A DNA stretch of 64,000 nt from Candidatus Latescibacterota bacterium (GCA_965226795.1 CBDDDZ010000003.1:288001-352000), one strand, 5' to 3'. Positions 1 to 9,599 are shown, counted from the stretch's first letter. Notes: a model not told the origin generated them from the sequence alone. Made by a program: numbers and translations.

Positions 1-204
1 AAAGAAATCCGGGATACAGGACTACGAATCGTAAGCGATGCGGGCGCAGAAGGTTTTGTCGGAGGTATGGCGCCGCTTCTGGAGTCGCTCAGGAAAAATG
101 AACGTTCAGCATTTGACAACGTTGTGGAATTCGCAGCGGAGACCTCGGAATTGCCTCAGTTCAGGGATGCGACAGACCATGTTCACTTTGTCGTCGAGAA
201 GTAG
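1..204 (+). CDS. 3' end of a gene running in from the left edge, probably a class I SAM-dependent methyltransferase
   Basis: Frame 1 is open from base 1 to TAG 202-204: KEIRDTGLRIVSDAGAEGFVGG...ETSELPQFRDATDHVHFVVEK, resembling methyltransferase C-termini. Not in the ORF track. Confidence 0.5.
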   Translation, partial: KEIRDTGLRIVSDAGAEGFVGGMAPLLESLRKNERSAFDNVVEFAAETSELPQFRDATDHVHFVVEK

Positions 205-294
205 TACCAGCCGACTCCGACATTTTGAAGTCGAACAAAACAGTCACACCGCACCTGGCCCACAACGTACGTTAATCGGATTCTACATATCTCT

Positions 295-1062
295 ATGACA
301 GATCAGAATACAGTCCGAAAAAAAGATATCGTGACAGGTTTCCATTCCCTCGGCCTTCGGGAAGGCGATGCGCTTCTCTTTCACAGTTCCCTGAAGAGCT
401 TTGGTTACGTGCACGGAGGCGCGGATACCGTCATCGACGGCGCCATCGAAGCCGTTGGCGCAACCGGTACCGTCGTTGTGCCCACTTTCGTACAAAAAGT
501 GAACGGCGAATCCGCCACCTACAGGACCCGTCGCCAAGCCTGGAACATCCGTACATCGCCCTCGGACGTGGGCCACGTCACCGAAGTCTTCCGCCGGCGC
601 CCGGAAGCCGCGCGCAGCGACCACTGCTGCGACTCCCTGGCCGCCATCGGCGCCGAAGCCGGGCGCGCAATGGGCGGCCACAGGTCCGCTGGGCCCCGGC
701 TGAGTCCATGGGACGAAAAAGCGTTCGGCCATGGCTCTCCGTGGGACTGGCTGGTCGCTCGCAATGCCCTTTACGTGCTTATGGGTGTCGGCTTCAATGT
801 CTGCTCCATCTTCCACTACAACCAGGCTCTATGGGTTGAACGCAATTACAAAAACGCCAGCGAGTCGCGAATGTGGCCCGGATTCAACTTCAACGTTATG
901 GGCGACCGCGTCAAGTCCGCCGGCCTTGTCCGGAAGACCACCGTGGGTCCCTCACTATGGCATGCCTTCCGCGTCGCTCCCACCATCGAGTATGTCTGCC
1001 GCGTCCTTGATGACGAACCCGCCCTCATCACGCTTTCACCACTGAAACTCTACGGCGATTGA
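295..1062 (+). CDS. AAC(3)/YokD family N-acetyltransferase
   Basis: Motifs LGLREGDALLFHSSLKSFG, GTVVVPTF, FGHGSPW, LMGVGF...H. Confidence 0.85.
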   Translation: MTDQNTVRKKDIVTGFHSLGLREGDALLFHSSLKSFGYVHGGADTVIDGAIEAVGATGTVVVPTFVQKVNGESATYRTRRQAWNIRTSPSDVGHVTEVFRRRPEAARSDHCCDSLAAIGAEAGRAMGGHRSAGPRLSPWDEKAFGHGSPWDWLVARNALYVLMGVGFNVCSIFHYNQALWVERNYKNASESRMWPGFNFNVMGDRVKSAGLVRKTTVGPSLWHAFRVAPTIEYVCRVLDDEPALITLSPLKLYGD

Positions 1063-1117
1063 TTCCCAAACCTTGACGACGCGAGGCCAATCCCATATCT
1101 TTGACTGCAAACAGGCT

Positions 1118-1393
1118 ATGGAATTCGAATGGGACGAACGCAAGAATGAACTGAACATCCAGAAACACGGTGTAGGCTTTTTGTCTGCCGCGCGTGTTTT
1201 TGATGGGCCCGTATTCACGTTTATCGATAACCGGAATGATTACGGAGAAATCCGGTACGTGTCTATTAGCAAGATTGAAGAAGCTGAACTCTACGTTGTA
1301 TACGCCATCCGCAACAGACGCCATCGAATCATCTCCGCAAGGAGAGCCAATCGAAATGAACGAAGAAAATATTGTGAGATATTCCCGCGATGA
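1118..1393 (+). CDS. brnT: BrnT family toxin (DUF497 ribonuclease)
   Basis: MEFEWDERKNELNIQKHGVGF...RIISARRANRNER; start taken at ATG 1118. Confidence 0.9.
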   Translation: MEFEWDERKNELNIQKHGVGFLSAARVFDGPVFTFIDNRNDYGEIRYVSISKIEEAELYVVYAIRNRRHRIISARRANRNERRKYCEIFPR

Positions 1394-1646
1394 CCTGCCG
1401 GAAGATTCACAGACAGACTGGAATCGGGTCAACTTGTTGACGGAAGCGGAATTGAACGCCGCTGCGCATTCCGACACGGACGCGCCACCTTTCAGGAGCG
1501 GTGAAGATTGGGAAAAAACCGAAATAATGGCGCAGATTCCGATAGACCGGGAAACCTTTGAATACTGCAGGAAGCACGGTGGAGGCATTCAAACAGTCTT
1601 CAAGAATGCCGTGCGCGAGTACATGGATGCACATCCATTGAAGTAG
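1356..1646 (+). CDS. brnA: BrnA family antitoxin
   Basis: Overlaps brnT 3' end; TDWNRV...AAHSDTDAPP N-terminus and RHH-like C-terminus IPIDRETFEY...GIQTVFKNAVREYM; ATG 1356. Confidence 0.8.
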   Translation: MNEENIVRYSRDDLPEDSQTDWNRVNLLTEAELNAAAHSDTDAPPFRSGEDWEKTEIMAQIPIDRETFEYCRKHGGGIQTVFKNAVREYMDAHPLK

Positions 1647-1810
1647 CAATATGTAGGGTTCTTAAGGGACGGGTTCGGGGTTAGGTGATTTTGCGATCAT
1701 CTTGCCCATTTACCCGTTCTTTTTTCGTGCTTTTTTGTATCCCCGTCCAAGACGGCAGAGGAAAAAGGCGAGATACTCCACGCAACCATGCGGCTTCACG
1801 GATCCTCCTC

Positions 1811-2159
1811 TCACCCGCCCGGTCAGGGTGGACGGGGATTGTTCGCGCTTAAACGTACGGTATCATCTTTGTGCAGGAAAACTTCGCGCTTTTGTTGTAG
1901 AGAGGTTCGCCCATTCCTGAGCTTTATCCTTCGCGCGAGCGGTCTGGGGGTTGGGGGTTTTTCCGCGTTGTGATCCGTCCACCACCGTGGTTCTGGTACA
2001 CCTGAAGAACCCGTAGGCCACCCAATTTCCCTTTATTAATCTGAGGCGGTTCGCGGAAAAACCGGCCCCGTGCCGAGCGGCCTGCCTGCGCCGAGCCGTG
2101 CTCGGCAGGCAGGCGCCGTTCTTTTTGGCCCTTTTCCTTTGGCGAGAAAGAAAAAGGGC
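1811..2159. repeat. Dispersed ~350-bp structured repeat, family A, copy 1
   Basis: Colinear with 6773-7118; 57-bp identical core (2072-2128 = 7030-7086); internal inverted repeats and a terminal hairpin. Confidence 0.9.
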
Positions 2160-2293
2160 GTAAAAATTGCAAAAATAAAAAAGAGCTCTTCAGCGCATTT
2201 GCACGCCAAAGAGCCCATATAGTCAGGTTGTAAAAGCCGGCGGCCCTTACGACCCCGGCCGTCTATTGACCCGCGTGGTATCGGATCCGTCGC

Positions 2294-3598
2294 CTACCTC
2301 TCTCCAATCGACGCATAGTCCCGCTGATCTTCCCCGATATAGACCTGCCGCGGACGCGCGATACGCTGTTCCCGGTCGTTCAGCAACTCCTTCCACTGCG
2401 CCAGCCACCCGGGCATCCGGCCCAGCGCGAACATAACGGTCATCATGTCCGTTGGCAGGCCCATGGCCTGATAGATGATGCCCGAATAGAAATCCACGTT
2501 CGGATACAGCTTGTGAGAGACGAAATAATCGTCTTCCAGCGCAATGCGTTCCAATTCCAGAGCAATGTCGATGAGCGGATTCCTGCCGGTCACCTCGAAT
2601 ACGGTGTTGGCGGTCTGCTTGATGATCGCGGCTCTGGGATCGTAGTTCTTATAGACCCGGTGCCCAAAGCCCTGCAGGCGAACTTCCCGGTTGTGCACCC
2701 GCTCAATGTAGGACGGGATATTATCCACCGACCCGATCTCGTTCAGCATCTTTAGCACGGCTTCATTCGCGCCGCCATGCGCCGGCCCGTAGAGTGCGGC
2801 AGCGGCGCCGGCCGCGGAGGAGTACGCGTCTGCGCCCCCGCTGCCGATGCCGCGCATGGTGCTGGCGCTGCAGTTCTGTTCGTGGTCGGCGTGTAATATG
2901 AGAAGGACCTCCAGCGCGCGTTCCAGTGCCGGATCCGGTGTATCGTCGTCGGATCCGCTGAACATCATTCTCAGAAAGTTGCCGCAATACCCCAGCGAGG
3001 GATCCGGATCCACGAAGTCAAGCCCCTGGCTCCGGCGATACACCATTGACGCAACCACGGAAGTCCAGCCGATCAGTCGCCGAATATGCTGCTCCCGCGC
3101 GTCGTCGGAACTGACGTCCCTTGCATTTTCGAAAAACGTCGACAAAGATCCCAGCACACCCACCAGCATACCCATTGCGTGAGAGCCCGCCCGATACCCG
3201 TTCACCAGTTCGGTCAGTCTGGGGTCGGCTGACACGTTCGCCATAATCGACTCGTTCCACGCATCCAGTTGTGTCCGGCCGGGAAGGTCTCCATACAACA
3301 GCAGATATGCCGTTTCCAGGTGGGTGCTTTGCTCGGCAAGTTGCTCGATCGGATATCCGCAATAGCGGAGAATGCCCTTCTCTCCGTCGATAAATGTCAC
3401 CGCGCTCTGACACGAGCCCGTGTTCAGGTAGGACGGATCGTATCCGAGCAACCCGAAATCATCCTCCGATACTTTGATCTGTTTCAGATCCGCGGTTCTA
3501 ATCGCGGCGCCGTACTCGGGGTACGTGCCGTAAAGAATGGGAACATGGTAAGTCTTACCGGTCCGATTATCCGTTATCGAGAGGGAGTCGCTGTTCAT
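2294..3598 (-). CDS. gltA: Citrate synthase
   Basis: ILHADHEQNCS, LYGPAHGGANE, GFGHRVYKNYDPRA, YPNVDFYSG motifs; ATG 3598 (GTG 3604 is an alternative). Confidence 0.97.
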   Translation of the reverse strand: MNSDSLSITDNRTGKTYHVPILYGTYPEYGAAIRTADLKQIKVSEDDFGLLGYDPSYLNTGSCQSAVTFIDGEKGILRYCGYPIEQLAEQSTHLETAYLLLYGDLPGRTQLDAWNESIMANVSADPRLTELVNGYRAGSHAMGMLVGVLGSLSTFFENARDVSSDDAREQHIRRLIGWTSVVASMVYRRSQGLDFVDPDPSLGYCGNFLRMMFSGSDDDTPDPALERALEVLLILHADHEQNCSASTMRGIGSGGADAYSSAAGAAAALYGPAHGGANEAVLKMLNEIGSVDNIPSYIERVHNREVRLQGFGHRVYKNYDPRAAIIKQTANTVFEVTGRNPLIDIALELERIALEDDYFVSHKLYPNVDFYSGIIYQAMGLPTDMMTVMFALGRMPGWLAQWKELLNDREQRIARPRQVYIGEDQRDYASIGER

Positions 3599-3634
3599 CC
3601 ACAAAATTCCTTTCAGGTCGTCTTTGCCTGCCGG

Positions 3635-4304
3635 TCAGCCTCGAACCGCGTAGATCATACTTTCAAGAGGTGTTCCGGTCAGGTTATGGCCACACGTTTG
3701 GTGTCGAATCACCCCGCCGAAAACCCTCTCCAGCGCGCGTTCGTACGAATTGTTGACGGCCTGGCTCCAGATCGCCAGCGTTCCTCCCGGGCGCAGCCTT
3801 GTTGCGAGAGTCTGCAGCGCGGAAACGCTATACGCGCGCCGGCTTTCCGAACGCATAACCCGGTCGGGACCGTTGTCGATATCCAGTGCGATGCCGTGGT
3901 AGCTTCGGGGATTGCCCATGAATGTAATCGCAAAAATCGCCGACCACCACTTCCGTGCGCGCATCGTCCAGAATGTCGGCATTGCTCAGATATTCGCGAT
4001 TCCAGTTTACGATTCGCGAATCCAGTTCCACGACACACACAGAATGCACATTCGAATAGGCGAGCGCCTGCCGAAGGGAGTTTCCCAATCCCAGACCGCC
4101 GATAAGAATGCTGATTTTCCTGCGGGACGTCAACGTTTCCAGGACAGTGTCCATCAATACCCGATCGGACGAGGCATTGTAGGTGGCCGTCAGGAAAATA
4201 CCGTTGAGGATAAGTTCGAAATGGGTGGCTGTGCCGGCCTTAACGGACGCAAGCTGCAGTTCTCCCCGGCGGGTGGTTGAATGCTGCACAACCCGCCGTT
4301 CCAT
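3635..4304 (-). pseudogene. Spermidine synthase-like SAM-dependent methyltransferase, frameshifted
   Basis: N-half (ILIGGLGLG...VVELD) and C-half (ALDIDNGP...LRPGGTLAIWS) are in different frames; removing one G from CATGGGCAAT near 3915 (minus strand) joins them. Confidence 0.8.
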
Positions 4305-4439
4305 AGCCAGCCCCTGAAACGCCCCATCAGCCGCCTTCTCTATCGAAGTCAGAATAGGCACGATATTAAGATAATGCAGAATTAAAATTTGACAAGCAAA
4401 TTTGAACACAATGGCAGGGGCACCGAAAGGTTAAATCGC

Positions 4440-4467
4440 TTGACAATTCTCGATGGGCATTTAGATT
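4440..4467 (+). promoter_or_regulatory. Putative sigma70 promoter for the HAD-pfkB genes
   Basis: TTGACA-N16-TAGATT; the same TTGACA/TAGATT pattern recurs at 10907-10935 and 19539-19566. Confidence 0.45.
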
Positions 4468-4561
4468 GCCCGACCGGAGACACACCGCCCGAAGAATCCA
4501 CGGTTTATTTCAAGATTGAGGGTGATCAGTAATCTCGCCGAAAAGATCCGATTCACTGCAA

Positions 4562-5374
4562 GTGGCTGAAATCGAACGGGTAAACCATGGAATATCCCGT
4601 GGCCGCTTCCGCTCGGTGCTCTTCGATTTCGACGGAACGCTCTCGCTGATTCGCCAGGGTTGGCGAAAAATCCTGGTACCGATGATGGTCGAAACGCTTG
4701 GTGAATGCAACACCGGCGAGACCAGGACGCAACTCACCCATGTTGTCGCTGACTTTGTCGACCGGTTGACCGGAAAGCAGACCATTTACCAGATGATTCA
4801 GCTTGGCGAGGAGATTAAGAAACGCGGAGGAACGCCTCCGGATCCTGTCGCCTACAAACACCGCTATCTCGAACGGCTTAACCTCCACATACGGAACCGC
4901 GTCAACGGCCTCCATTCCGGGGAAATCGCGCCGGAAGATTTCATGGTGCCGAAGTCGCTGGATCTCCTTCGCAACCTGCAGCGCCGGGAACTCACACTGT
5001 ATCTGGCAAGTGGTACAGATGAGGTGTACGTTAAAAAAGAGGCCGCCCTTCTGGGGCTGACGCCGTTCTTTGAAGACCGCGTCTACGGCGCCCTGGATCA
5101 ATATCAGGATTTCTCCAAAGAAAGGGTGATCCGGGATCTGATTGCCTCACAGGGGATCGAGGGCGAAGAGTTGCTGGGCTTTGGCGATGGATACGTGGAG
5201 ATTGAAAACGTCAAATCTGCGGGCGGAACGGCCGTGGGCGTCGCGTCTGATGAAGCCGGACGCCGGGTCGTGAATGCATGGAAACGCGACCGCCTTATTC
5301 AAGCGGGGGCGGATCTGATTATACCGGACTATCGGAGCCAGGAATTACTCCTGGACTATCTCCTCAATGTGTAG
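4562..5374 (+). CDS. HAD family hydrolase/phosphatase
   Basis: FDFDGTLS motif I, LASGT motif II, GFGDG motif IV. Confidence 0.9.
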   Translation: MAEIERVNHGISRGRFRSVLFDFDGTLSLIRQGWRKILVPMMVETLGECNTGETRTQLTHVVADFVDRLTGKQTIYQMIQLGEEIKKRGGTPPDPVAYKHRYLERLNLHIRNRVNGLHSGEIAPEDFMVPKSLDLLRNLQRRELTLYLASGTDEVYVKKEAALLGLTPFFEDRVYGALDQYQDFSKERVIRDLIASQGIEGEELLGFGDGYVEIENVKSAGGTAVGVASDEAGRRVVNAWKRDRLIQAGADLIIPDYRSQELLLDYLLNV

Positions 5375-5505
5375 GATCCGTCCGCCGAATGCCAGTCGAG
5401 CACAAAGCGGAACCCGTCCTGTGACGCGGCGCCAACTGGCGATATGGCGAATGGACCCGGGCGGTTGACGAGACCAGGGCGCTTCCGAGACGTCCCAGTT
5501 TTTTT

Positions 5506-6537
5506 ATGACCCATGCAGATCTACAAAAGCTACTGGAATCGTTTTCGAATCTTGAAATCCTCGTTATCGGGGATTATTTCCTGGATCGATATCTCGTCGT
5601 CGATCCTGACCTGGCTGAAATCTCTCTGGAGACAGGGCTGGAGGCCCGGCAGGTGGTGCAGGTCCATAACCGGCCGGGTGCGGCAGGAACCGTGACCAGT
5701 AACCTGAATGAACTGGGCGTGGGGAGGATCCGGGCGCTCGGGGTGATTGGCGATGATGGACAGGGGTACGATCTGACGGCGGGCCTGCGTGCGACGGGTG
5801 TGGATACGCGGCATCTGATGGAGATTTCGGGCCGCGTTACGCCAACCTATACAAAACCGATTCTCAGCACGAACGGGCAGGAGATGGAGCGATTGGATAT
5901 CAAGAATCGCTCTCCCCTCCCGCGACACGTTGAAGGCCTCATCCTCACCGCCCTGGAGAATCTGCTTGGCGAGGTCGATGGTGTGATTGTGCTCGACCAG
6001 GTTCAGGAACGCAATTGCGGTGTGATTACGGATCGCGTTCGGGCGGGAATCGCGCGCCTCGCTCCTGAGTATCCCGATGTCGTATTTCTGGCGGATTCCC
6101 GTTCACGTAGCGCAGCGCTCAGGAACGTGATCGCGAAGCCCAACCGTGACGAGGCCCTCCGGGCGGTGTCCGCGAGTTCCGGCGCGGAAGGCACGAAGTG
6201 TCTGAACACCGCCATTCGGTCTTTTGTCGCGCGCACCGGTCGACCCGTCTACATTACACTTGGCCCGGAGGGTATCCTCTGCGACGATGGGGAAGCGATT
6301 CATCGCGTTCCGGGCATTTCAGTGCCCGATCCCATCGATATCGTGGGCGCGGGGGATAGCGTTTCCGCGGGGATTGCCTCGGCACTTTGTGCGGGCGCCT
6401 CGTACGTCGATGCCGCACGGGTAGGCGTGCTGGTGTCTTCCATAACCATCCAGCAGATCGGGACAACGGGCACCGCGTCACCCGAACAGGTGCTTCAACG
6501 GTTCGAGGAATCCAGTCAGGATGCCCGGTTCCTGTAG
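5506..6537 (+). CDS. PfkB family carbohydrate kinase (RfaE/HldA-like)
   Basis: VIGDYFLD, PGAAGTV, AKPNRDE, DIVGAGDS signature. Confidence 0.9.
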   Translation: MTHADLQKLLESFSNLEILVIGDYFLDRYLVVDPDLAEISLETGLEARQVVQVHNRPGAAGTVTSNLNELGVGRIRALGVIGDDGQGYDLTAGLRATGVDTRHLMEISGRVTPTYTKPILSTNGQEMERLDIKNRSPLPRHVEGLILTALENLLGEVDGVIVLDQVQERNCGVITDRVRAGIARLAPEYPDVVFLADSRSRSAALRNVIAKPNRDEALRAVSASSGAEGTKCLNTAIRSFVARTGRPVYITLGPEGILCDDGEAIHRVPGISVPDPIDIVGAGDSVSAGIASALCAGASYVDAARVGVLVSSITIQQIGTTGTASPEQVLQRFEESSQDARFL

Positions 6538-6606
6538 GGGCGACCCACGGGTCGCCCACCTGTCCGCGTACACGTTGCATTTGTAGGGGCGGTTCGCGAA
6601 CCGCCC
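6534..6606 (+). repeat. Two tandem GTAG-type REP palindromes
   Basis: GTAG-GGGCGACCC-AC-GGGTCGCCC (6534-6557) and GTAG-GGGCGGTTC-GC-GAACCGCCC (6583-6606); the first contains the pfkB stop codon. Confidence 0.85.
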
Positions 6607-6772
6607 GAATGGTACGGTGAAAGGGGACGGCGGTCCCTCAAGTTTCACCTCCCACCCGCCCGGTCGTGGTGCGGGGGGCTTGTTCGCGGTATGAGACGCA
6701 CCGCTCACCATCAACCTCGAACGCCAGAAACAGGCGTCCCCTGTTGTCCCGCATAACACCCGGAACAACAGG

Positions 6773-7118
6773 TCACCCGCTCCGCGGGCGGAGGTGGATT
6801 CTCCGCGCTTTAACCTCCAGAATCATCTGTGTACGGAAAAACCAGCAGCTTTTGTTGTAGAGGGGTTCGCCCGCACCTGAGCTCAATACCTCCTGCGAAC
6901 GGTGGTAGAGTGGGGGGTTTTTCCGCGTTGATCCGTCCCCCACTATGGTTCTGATACACCTGAGGGACCCGTAGGGCACCCAATTCCCATTTGTGCCCCT
7001 GAGGTGATTCACGGAAAAACCGGCTCCGCGCCGAGCGGCCTGCCTGCGCCGAGCCGTGCTCGGCAGGCAGGCGCCGTTCTTTTTGGTCCTTTTTCTTGGG
7101 CGTACAAGAAAAAGGACG
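6773..7118. repeat. Dispersed ~350-bp structured repeat, family A, copy 2
   Basis: Colinear with 1811-2159; ends in the 13-bp stem GTCCTTTTTCTTG-GGCGTA-CAAGAAAAAGGAC. Confidence 0.9.
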
Positions 7119-7167
7119 CAGGAAAAAGAAAGGAAGGGAAAGCGGTACCAGTCTAAATACAAGCACT

Positions 7168-7746
7168 TTAAAGACCAAAATAGACGCTGAGTCGCTGAGG
7201 AAGGGACGTCCACCATGCGTCTCCGCCCGCGAGACGGTGGATATGTGTGTTACCCGGAACGTCGTTTGCGCCAAGGCCTTCTTCGAAGACGAACGTCCGG
7301 GGGTCACGCTCCAGAAACTGCCCGAGACGTGCTTCCAGGCGCTCCCCGGTTCGGATAATGCAGGCGCCGGTCAGTTCGGCTGTCGACAGGTCGAGCAGGT
7401 GGTCGACGTTCCAGCGCAAGCGTTTTTCTTGTATTGGCGTCAGATTTCCATTTCCCAGGCCCATGGCATTGAATCGCAGGAGCATTTCCTCCCGGATGTT
7501 GTGAGGTCGCTTCCGTCCGCTCCGGGTGGCGTGGCGAACCAGCCGCCTGGCCAGCGACGCGGCACCCTTTCCCGACATGGCGGACCCGATGTACACGTAT
7601 TCTCCCGCGGTTAGGGGGACTTCTTTCCCTCGTTTGAATCCGCCGAACGAGAGCGCGACATTCTCCTCGAGTCGAATCCGCAGTACATAAGACCCGCCCT
7701 GGAAATCGCCGCCCAGAAAGACAAGAGAAGATGTTTCAGAATTCAC
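7168..7746 (-). CDS. DUF123 / GIY-YIG family nuclease
   Basis: GSYVL...YVYIGSA...RRLVRH...RWNVDHLL pattern. Confidence 0.8.
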   Translation of the reverse strand: MNSETSSLVFLGGDFQGGSYVLRIRLEENVALSFGGFKRGKEVPLTAGEYVYIGSAMSGKGAASLARRLVRHATRSGRKRPHNIREEMLLRFNAMGLGNGNLTPIQEKRLRWNVDHLLDLSTAELTGACIIRTGERLEARLGQFLERDPRTFVFEEGLGANDVPGNTHIHRLAGGDAWWTSLPQRLSVYFGL

Positions 7747-7747
7747 G

Positions 7748-8497
7748 TCAAGCGCCGTCCGGCGCGATGCCGCGCGCCTTCATCCAGTCCATGACGATCT
7801 TGTGGCCGCCCGTTTTCGCCTGCTGATATGCGGATTCGCCGGCCGGATTCACCCAGCCCGGGTCGGCGCCGCGCTCGAAGAGGATTTTGGCGATGGTCAC
7901 GTGGCCGTTTCGACACGCGAAACCGAACGCGCTGTCCAGCGCCGTCTTCGGTGGTCTCGGTTCATCCCAGCAAGGCAGGGCCCCGGCGTTTTCCGTCACG
8001 TTTCCCTCATCGTCAAAAAACCGATCCACGAGGTCCCTTCGTCCGGCGCCCGCGGCAGTCATAAGATTTGACGACGCGCCCCTGTCGATCAATAGCCTGG
8101 CGACGTTTACGCAGCGGAAAATGACGGCATTCCATAGCGGTGTCCCGTTTGCAATGACGCCACGGTCACTGTCGATTTCCGCCCCTTGATCGAGCATCAG
8201 TTCCGCCAGGTCGAGGTCATCGTTGCTGGCTGCCCAGTGCAGGGGCGTCTCCTTCACGGCTTCAACCTGCCCGTGCTGGAAACGTGCGTTCACGTCGGCG
8301 CCCGCGTTGATAACCAGCCTGGCCATCTCCACACCCTTCGGTTTGTGTCCCGGATAACCCGCGACCGTATGCAGGAGCGTGCGATCGTTGTCTTCCGACC
8401 TGAGATGGGGCAGGTCCGGATGCGATGCGATCAACCCGTCCAGCCTTCTGATATCGCTATGTTCGATGGCTTCACGCGCTTCTTCGATCGGCGTCAT
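7748..8497 (-). CDS. Ankyrin repeat protein
   Basis: RTLLH, ETPLHWAA, GTPLWNA and GADVN/GAD repeats. Confidence 0.9.
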   Translation of the reverse strand: MTPIEEAREAIEHSDIRRLDGLIASHPDLPHLRSEDNDRTLLHTVAGYPGHKPKGVEMARLVINAGADVNARFQHGQVEAVKETPLHWAASNDDLDLAELMLDQGAEIDSDRGVIANGTPLWNAVIFRCVNVARLLIDRGASSNLMTAAGAGRRDLVDRFFDDEGNVTENAGALPCWDEPRPPKTALDSAFGFACRNGHVTIAKILFERGADPGWVNPAGESAYQQAKTGGHKIVMDWMKARGIAPDGA

Positions 8498-8519
8498 TAT
8501 CCACCCTCCGGTTGATGGG

Positions 8520-9425
8520 TCAGGGGATTCCCAATCGCTGGCGGAACATTTCGTCCTGCGCGGTTTTCAGCCGCCAGTAGGGTTCGCGGATGGTCACCAT
8601 CAGTTCCGCGCGGCCGCCCGACGCGTCCTCCCATTTCAGTATACGGCGAGGGTAAGCCGTTTCCACCCAGACCGTTGTGTTCCATTCGCCCGTTTCCCAG
8701 CGCCACGGGGTGGCTTCGAAACTCTTGTTAGACACTGTAATCGTTTCCTGAGTACCTTTGCTTAAACGCGCATCCACCAGGGCGTGGGGACGGTGCCGCG
8801 TCCGGAATGACCACAGGCTGCGCAGAAGCCGGATCGGGCGCGATTCGCCGGCCTGCATTGTGGGGCCTTTGAGTTCCCGGATTTGAATAAGCAGATGGTC
8901 TTCGCTATGGAAGCCTTCAGGGATATCCAGGGCGTAGGATCGCAAGCCTTCGCGTTCGAAGTAGCTGTTCAGGTCGCCCCGCAGGCCGCCGTCAACCACC
9001 CGTATCTCGTCGAATATGTGCCCGCACCATTCCTGTGAACTCAGATTCACTTTCATCAGCTCGAAGGGATTTGAACCGCTAGAGCCCTCAACGGCGCTGA
9101 AGACGGATGTCATCACGGAATAGTCGTAAATGCCGGTGGTGAACTTGAGAACGTTGTTCAATTTGAGAACATAGACTTTCTCTGCAGGTGGCGTGGGCGA
9201 CTCTACTTTAATGTAGGTGTTCCGGTTCAGGTCTTCGGTCACGAAAATGAGGACGCCGTAGCCCTCGCGCGACTCTCCGTAACGAGGCTGCACCACGCGA
9301 TAGCTGGAGATCTCCGCTTTGCCGTCCCCCCAGTGCGCATAGAAGTCCGGCATTTCAGCGCGGGCCGGCGTGATGATACTCAGCGTAATCAAGACCGTAA
9401 AAGTGATTGCGGTTAACCGGGACAT
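8520..9425 (-). CDS. Secreted hypothetical protein
   Basis: Signal peptide MSRLTAITFTVLITLSIITPARA; conserved-looking WGDGKAEISSY, IFVTED, QEWCG; start ATG 9425. Confidence 0.7.
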   Translation of the reverse strand: MSRLTAITFTVLITLSIITPARAEMPDFYAHWGDGKAEISSYRVVQPRYGESREGYGVLIFVTEDLNRNTYIKVESPTPPAEKVYVLKLNNVLKFTTGIYDYSVMTSVFSAVEGSSGSNPFELMKVNLSSQEWCGHIFDEIRVVDGGLRGDLNSYFEREGLRSYALDIPEGFHSEDHLLIQIRELKGPTMQAGESRPIRLLRSLWSFRTRHRPHALVDARLSKGTQETITVSNKSFEATPWRWETGEWNTTVWVETAYPRRILKWEDASGGRAELMVTIREPYWRLKTAQDEMFRQRLGIP

Positions 9426-9599
9426 ATATCTTCCTTCCTTTTGTTGATCGAGCTGAGCGCTCCGCCGATAGAAATGCGGCCCACACATTCGACGGGCATA
9501 AAGACAAAAGCCCCGCCCCATTCGGCCGGGGAATCGAATGGCAAAGGCCGCCTCCCGATCGGTGGCGGCCCTGGCATCCATTACAACAATCCGGCAGGC

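Noticed and set aside
38..298. 86-aa ORF from the track
   Set aside because: Frame 1 (1-204) gives a more protein-like methyltransferase-type C-terminus.
295..1062. Aminoglycoside resistance gene
   Set aside because: The AAC(3)/YokD fold is widespread with non-resistance roles, and there is no mobile or resistance context.
1924..2172. ORFs with the shared peptide QKERRLPAEHGSAQAGRSAR (also in 6810-7307)
   Set aside because: Translation of repeat family A; indels and stops differ between copies. A slight codon-like substitution pattern exists, so a decayed-CDS origin is not excluded, but it cannot be supported.
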